Made by a program: the position numbers and the translations under genes
Shown here: in pieces, positions 60,241 through 64,000 of the stretch
Position numbering within the stretch: the stretch's first letter is position 1
Layout: the number at the start of each line of letters is the position of its first letter
Notes under the pieces: model-generated
Seen by the model: only the letters and a program-made list of their open reading frames with translations
The model's database searches: none
What the model was told of the DNA's origin: nothing
Source of the DNA: Podarcis tiliguerta
Taxonomy: Eukaryota
Assembly (NCBI GenBank): GCA_965153285.1
Contig: OZ229113.1
Direction: 5' to 3' (one strand)
DNA length: 64,000 nt

Positions 60241-63200
60241 GTAATTGGAACAAGTCTTTTACAGACTGTGACATATTCCATAAACATGTAATGGACTTAA
60301 GTGATGGTTTCTAAAAAGACTGGATTTTTTTGGGGGGGGGGTGCATTCTAGTTTCTGTCCTTAATGCTCTCTTAGTCTATTGAATGTTCTTTCAAAAATA
60401 TCCTTAGCATAGCAAAACAGCATTTTCAAAACATGCAATTCACACCAGAAATTTGGATACAAAGATTAATATTTGCAAAAGAATAAAACAGCATCATCTT
60501 GAATGCTTGGTCTAAGATTTCATGCACCCTGGGACTTCAGCTTGGAGAGGGTGGTTCTGAGTCGGAAATTGGGTTGTGGGGAAAGGGTTAAGCCCCCTTC
60601 TCCTTGTTGTTGCTTCCATTAAATTTGTAGCCTCCTGCAGCATACACAAACGCACACACCTTGGGAGACTTTCACGTCTTTGCTGTGTAACAGCAAACAG
60701 TACTTTAAATCACCCATGTGCTTTATAGTACAAGCAGTGACCACAATTATGCAGGACACCTGCCTGAGAATCATGAGAAATTTGAAGATGTGAAAATAAG
60801 AGGTACACACTTGAGTGGAATCCATAGAGTTAATTCTTTGTGAAGGAACAAACGCAAGGCCCACGTGGCCAACATTTGGGCTGGTAAATTCCAAACAGAC
60901 AAAATTGCTCCCACTCTAACCAGCAGACCATAGGAGAGCCCCCACTCTCTTCTCATTCCCTGACGCATGCTGCCTCTATTACCCCCCCTTTTTCTTTCCT
61001 GCCTATTTTATACTATAATAGGATTGAGGGTTGGGCTGGATGGTCACAAGATCCTTCCCAAGTGAGTGATACTTTAGTGGTAAGGTTGGCATATAGGTTT
61101 ACTGCAGAAAAGAATTACATGTTTCAAGGTGAAAATAGTAAAAAAAAAAATAAAAATCGGTACCCTTGTACATGCCTAGCCAGTTGCCCTCTGAGTGTAA
61201 AATATTTTCAGTAAGAAGACAGGAATGATCCTGCAGTGACCAGCATCACATCTAGTGGGCCTAGGCTCTGACGTGGTACCTGACTGCTGCTCTCTAGGTG
61301 GGCATGTGGGGCCCAGGGCTTCAGCCCCCCCCCCCGTCCAGCCCTAGTTGCACTGCTTGCTTTCCCCCATCTCCCTCCTCCTCCTTTCTTATTTCATATC
61401 CTTTTCATGGCAAGGCTTCATTGCTACAAGCACAATACAAGGCAGGAGCATTTTGAATTATGCTCTTTGTTCAATTATTTGTGAATTTCGATGGGGTATC
61501 TGGCTATTGAATGATTTATTGGTCTGGCAGTAGGTCATTGTGCAAAGCTGAGGCTACTGTGTTGGCTATTAAGATCGGGAATGCTGTATTTCAAAGAGTT
61601 TTGTGTTTGGATCATACTGAAAACATGCCTTGAGCCTGCAATTTGCAGAGTTTTTGCCATATATCGTAGTCTGCTTGCATTTTCTGTTTGCGCCAGCTTG
61701 CCAGGACCTTCCAGGTTCTGTCACATTCAATGCCAACAAATGACAAATAGCATTTATTGCATATATGATGGCACATAAACCACGCACCCATCACTCAGAT
61801 CCAGTTTCCTGGGAACCTCACATTTCAGACCTTTTGCTTACTTTATTAGCTATCTCAGGGAGATTCCATAACTTATGAATATTTTCTCATGATGACTCAT
61901 GATAGACTTGGGGATCCATCCTTTGAACCACCATGTCTCAGAAGTCTGAACCCTATTTTTTCTCTCCCTTTGATTGGTGTCTGAGCAGGCCAATTTTCTG
62001 ATATTACTCTCCCTGTCAGGGTAACACAGAGGTCAGTTTCCTTTAGAATGTTTGTTCTTAGAATGTATGCCTTTTTCAATCTGTTTGATTTAGAGCCCGG
62101 AGAACAGTTGGTGTTGAAAGAACAGATCAAAGTCACCTTAACTGTGGGGCTATCTCTTGATTGAGAGAGTCAGGCAATTGCAGGAACAATAAAGCATCAT
62201 GAAGAGCGAAGTAGATCAATTTCATAATGACCTAGTCTGTAAGATCAGGTGGCTTTGCAGGAGGATGGTGTAGGTTACAAAGAAGTTCTATTTTAACAAC
62301 ACCATGCCCTATCAACACGCTTAAAAAAATTAGTATTTCCCTGTAGGTGTCTTCATGACCTTAGGCTTAACCTGACACCAACTTCTGGGCTCATCACTGA
62401 ATGTTGTAGGATGGCTTTTCCCATTTGAGAACATGACAAACAGTTGTTGCATTGCACTGCGAACAAGGCAATCATTTGATAACTGTGTTCTTGCTCTATC
62501 AAAATTTACCAATGGCTTCTTTCTTAGTTTTTGGATACATCTAGTGGGTATAAAATTTCATTTTTTTAAGGAATGAGGTTTTATCTGCAGTATCAAATGT
62601 AAAAACACCAGGCAGGCCCCACAAATAACCCAGAGATGCATTTTAAATAAAAGGACACATTCTACTCATGTAAAAACATGCTGATTCCCGGACCATCTGT
62701 GGGCTGGATTTAGAAGGCGATTGGGCTGGATCCAGCCCCCAGGCCTTAGTTTGACTACCCATGATCTAGCTTCACCAGTTCTGATAGTGCCCTTGCGCTG
62801 AGTTATGGGGAGCCTCAAAGTACGCAGCTTGCCTGTGACTCTTGGCATATGCCAATCAGGTGCCCTAAGCCATCTCTTTGCTGAGACATTCCAGGGGATG
62901 GGCACCTCATGATCAGCAAGGCTATGGGCACCTGCCTCTTCAAGCCCACCTGCTGAAAACTCTCCAGTCTTTTTATTTTATTTTTACTCTACTTCCCAGT
63001 AAGCAACAGTGAGATGACCAACCGATGTCAGGTGAGTGGTGATAACCCAGCTGCTATCTGCTGTTGACAAAAACTCATTTCATTTTATGAAGCTACCATT
63101 GTTTCCCCTGAGTCACAAAAAAACAACAAGTGAAGGTTACTTTCTTTAACTTAATTGGGCACATTTGTAGCATGCACTGTCTGGTGCACAAAGCACTGTT

Positions 63201-64000
63201 GGATGAATTTGAAAGAAGCATTAGTAGGCGAGTCTTTCTGTCACAGTGTTTGTCACTGCCTGCAAATCAACATGAAAGTAGATTAAATGGCAGACCTTTT
63301 ATTGAAGATCTCATGGTTGACATTAGATGCAAATTGTTAGGCATCTGGAAATTTGGCAGCATTTTTGCATTTCTGCTCACGACGTCAAATCAGACCGACA
63401 GGAATCTGGATTTTTCTGTTGTGGGGAACAGGAGGCTTCTGTTAGTGCTATTGTGATACAGTGATGATGTCAATGGAAGAGGCATAAGTGCATGCATAGC
63501 TTGGCCTACAAGATCAAGGTGGAATACTTCTGAAGCTGCTTAAGCTCATGAGATCACACCAGGTCAAATGCCTCTCCCGCATAATCTGAAGTGGAATCCT
63601 CAGAGGAAGTTGGGTGTTGAGTGATCATCTTCCAAGATTCATGACTGCCTGATTTATTATGAAGTTGAAATAGGAGATTTGTCCATCCCTACTGAAAAGG
63701 GGCACAAGCAGTATATACTAACCACAACCTCAGTTCTCCAAGAGCTAGCCCGAAAACAGCAGTAACCATTCGCAAGAGGGATATATCTCAAGGAACAAGA
63801 GATTTGCAAAAGTCCAGGAAAATCATTAAGAGAAAATAGGTGCTGCATGGATTACGACAAAAAAAGAGCCCAATGTGGACTGAGTATGCTTAGTGGGCAT
63901 GTGATACTGACTGCTCGAGAAGAAGAAAAACGGAAAGCTAAGGAATATCCTGGAAGAAGGGATGACTGCGCAGGAGCCTTCCAAAATGCAATATTCTGTT

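Noticed and set aside
61022-61079. Possible final IGSF5 exon
   Set aside because: The phase-0 frame stops immediately (GAT TGA), the sequence resembles a decayed CR1/SINE tail, and it lacks the expected C-terminal PDZ-binding motif.
1-64000. Prokaryotic features (CRISPR arrays, operons, rRNA)
   Set aside because: The window is intron-containing vertebrate DNA; no repeat-spacer array or rRNA-like sequence was seen.

Overview
This is vertebrate genomic DNA, most likely from a lacertid lizard (inferred from Sauria SINEs, Squam3-like SINEs, tRNA-head/CR1-tail SINEs, CR1, L1-clade and L2 LINEs, and hAT and mariner MITEs). It carries the conserved amniote gene block SH3BGR - B3GALT5 - IGSF5, all on the + strand. 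SH3BGR is represented by its last Glu-rich coding exons (802-6089). B3GALT5 has one coding exon (33220-34185) plus candidate 5' UTR exons. IGSF5/JAM4 has seven coding exons (46600-60240); its final exon was not found. The most unusual element is a deleted endogenous retrovirus on the - strand (about 19.6-23.4 kb). It has betaretrovirus-type gag, dUTPase and integrase, and a HERV-K Rec/MMTV Rem-like env leader. That leader is followed by an env that aligns by eye with avian alpharetrovirus (ASLV) SU/TM, including a cysteine-bounded internal fusion loop and CX6CC. Its env end abuts an opposite-strand LTR with a tRNA-His-like PBS that points toward B3GALT5. Other notable items are an unclassified CpG-rich 842-bp insertion with offset inverted repeats, SINEs with three different tRNA heads on one CR1 tail, a 174-bp tandem duplication at a probable SH3BGR 3' UTR acceptor, and a young CR1 with a 795-codon open ORF2. 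All assignments come from motif recognition by eye; no database search was run.
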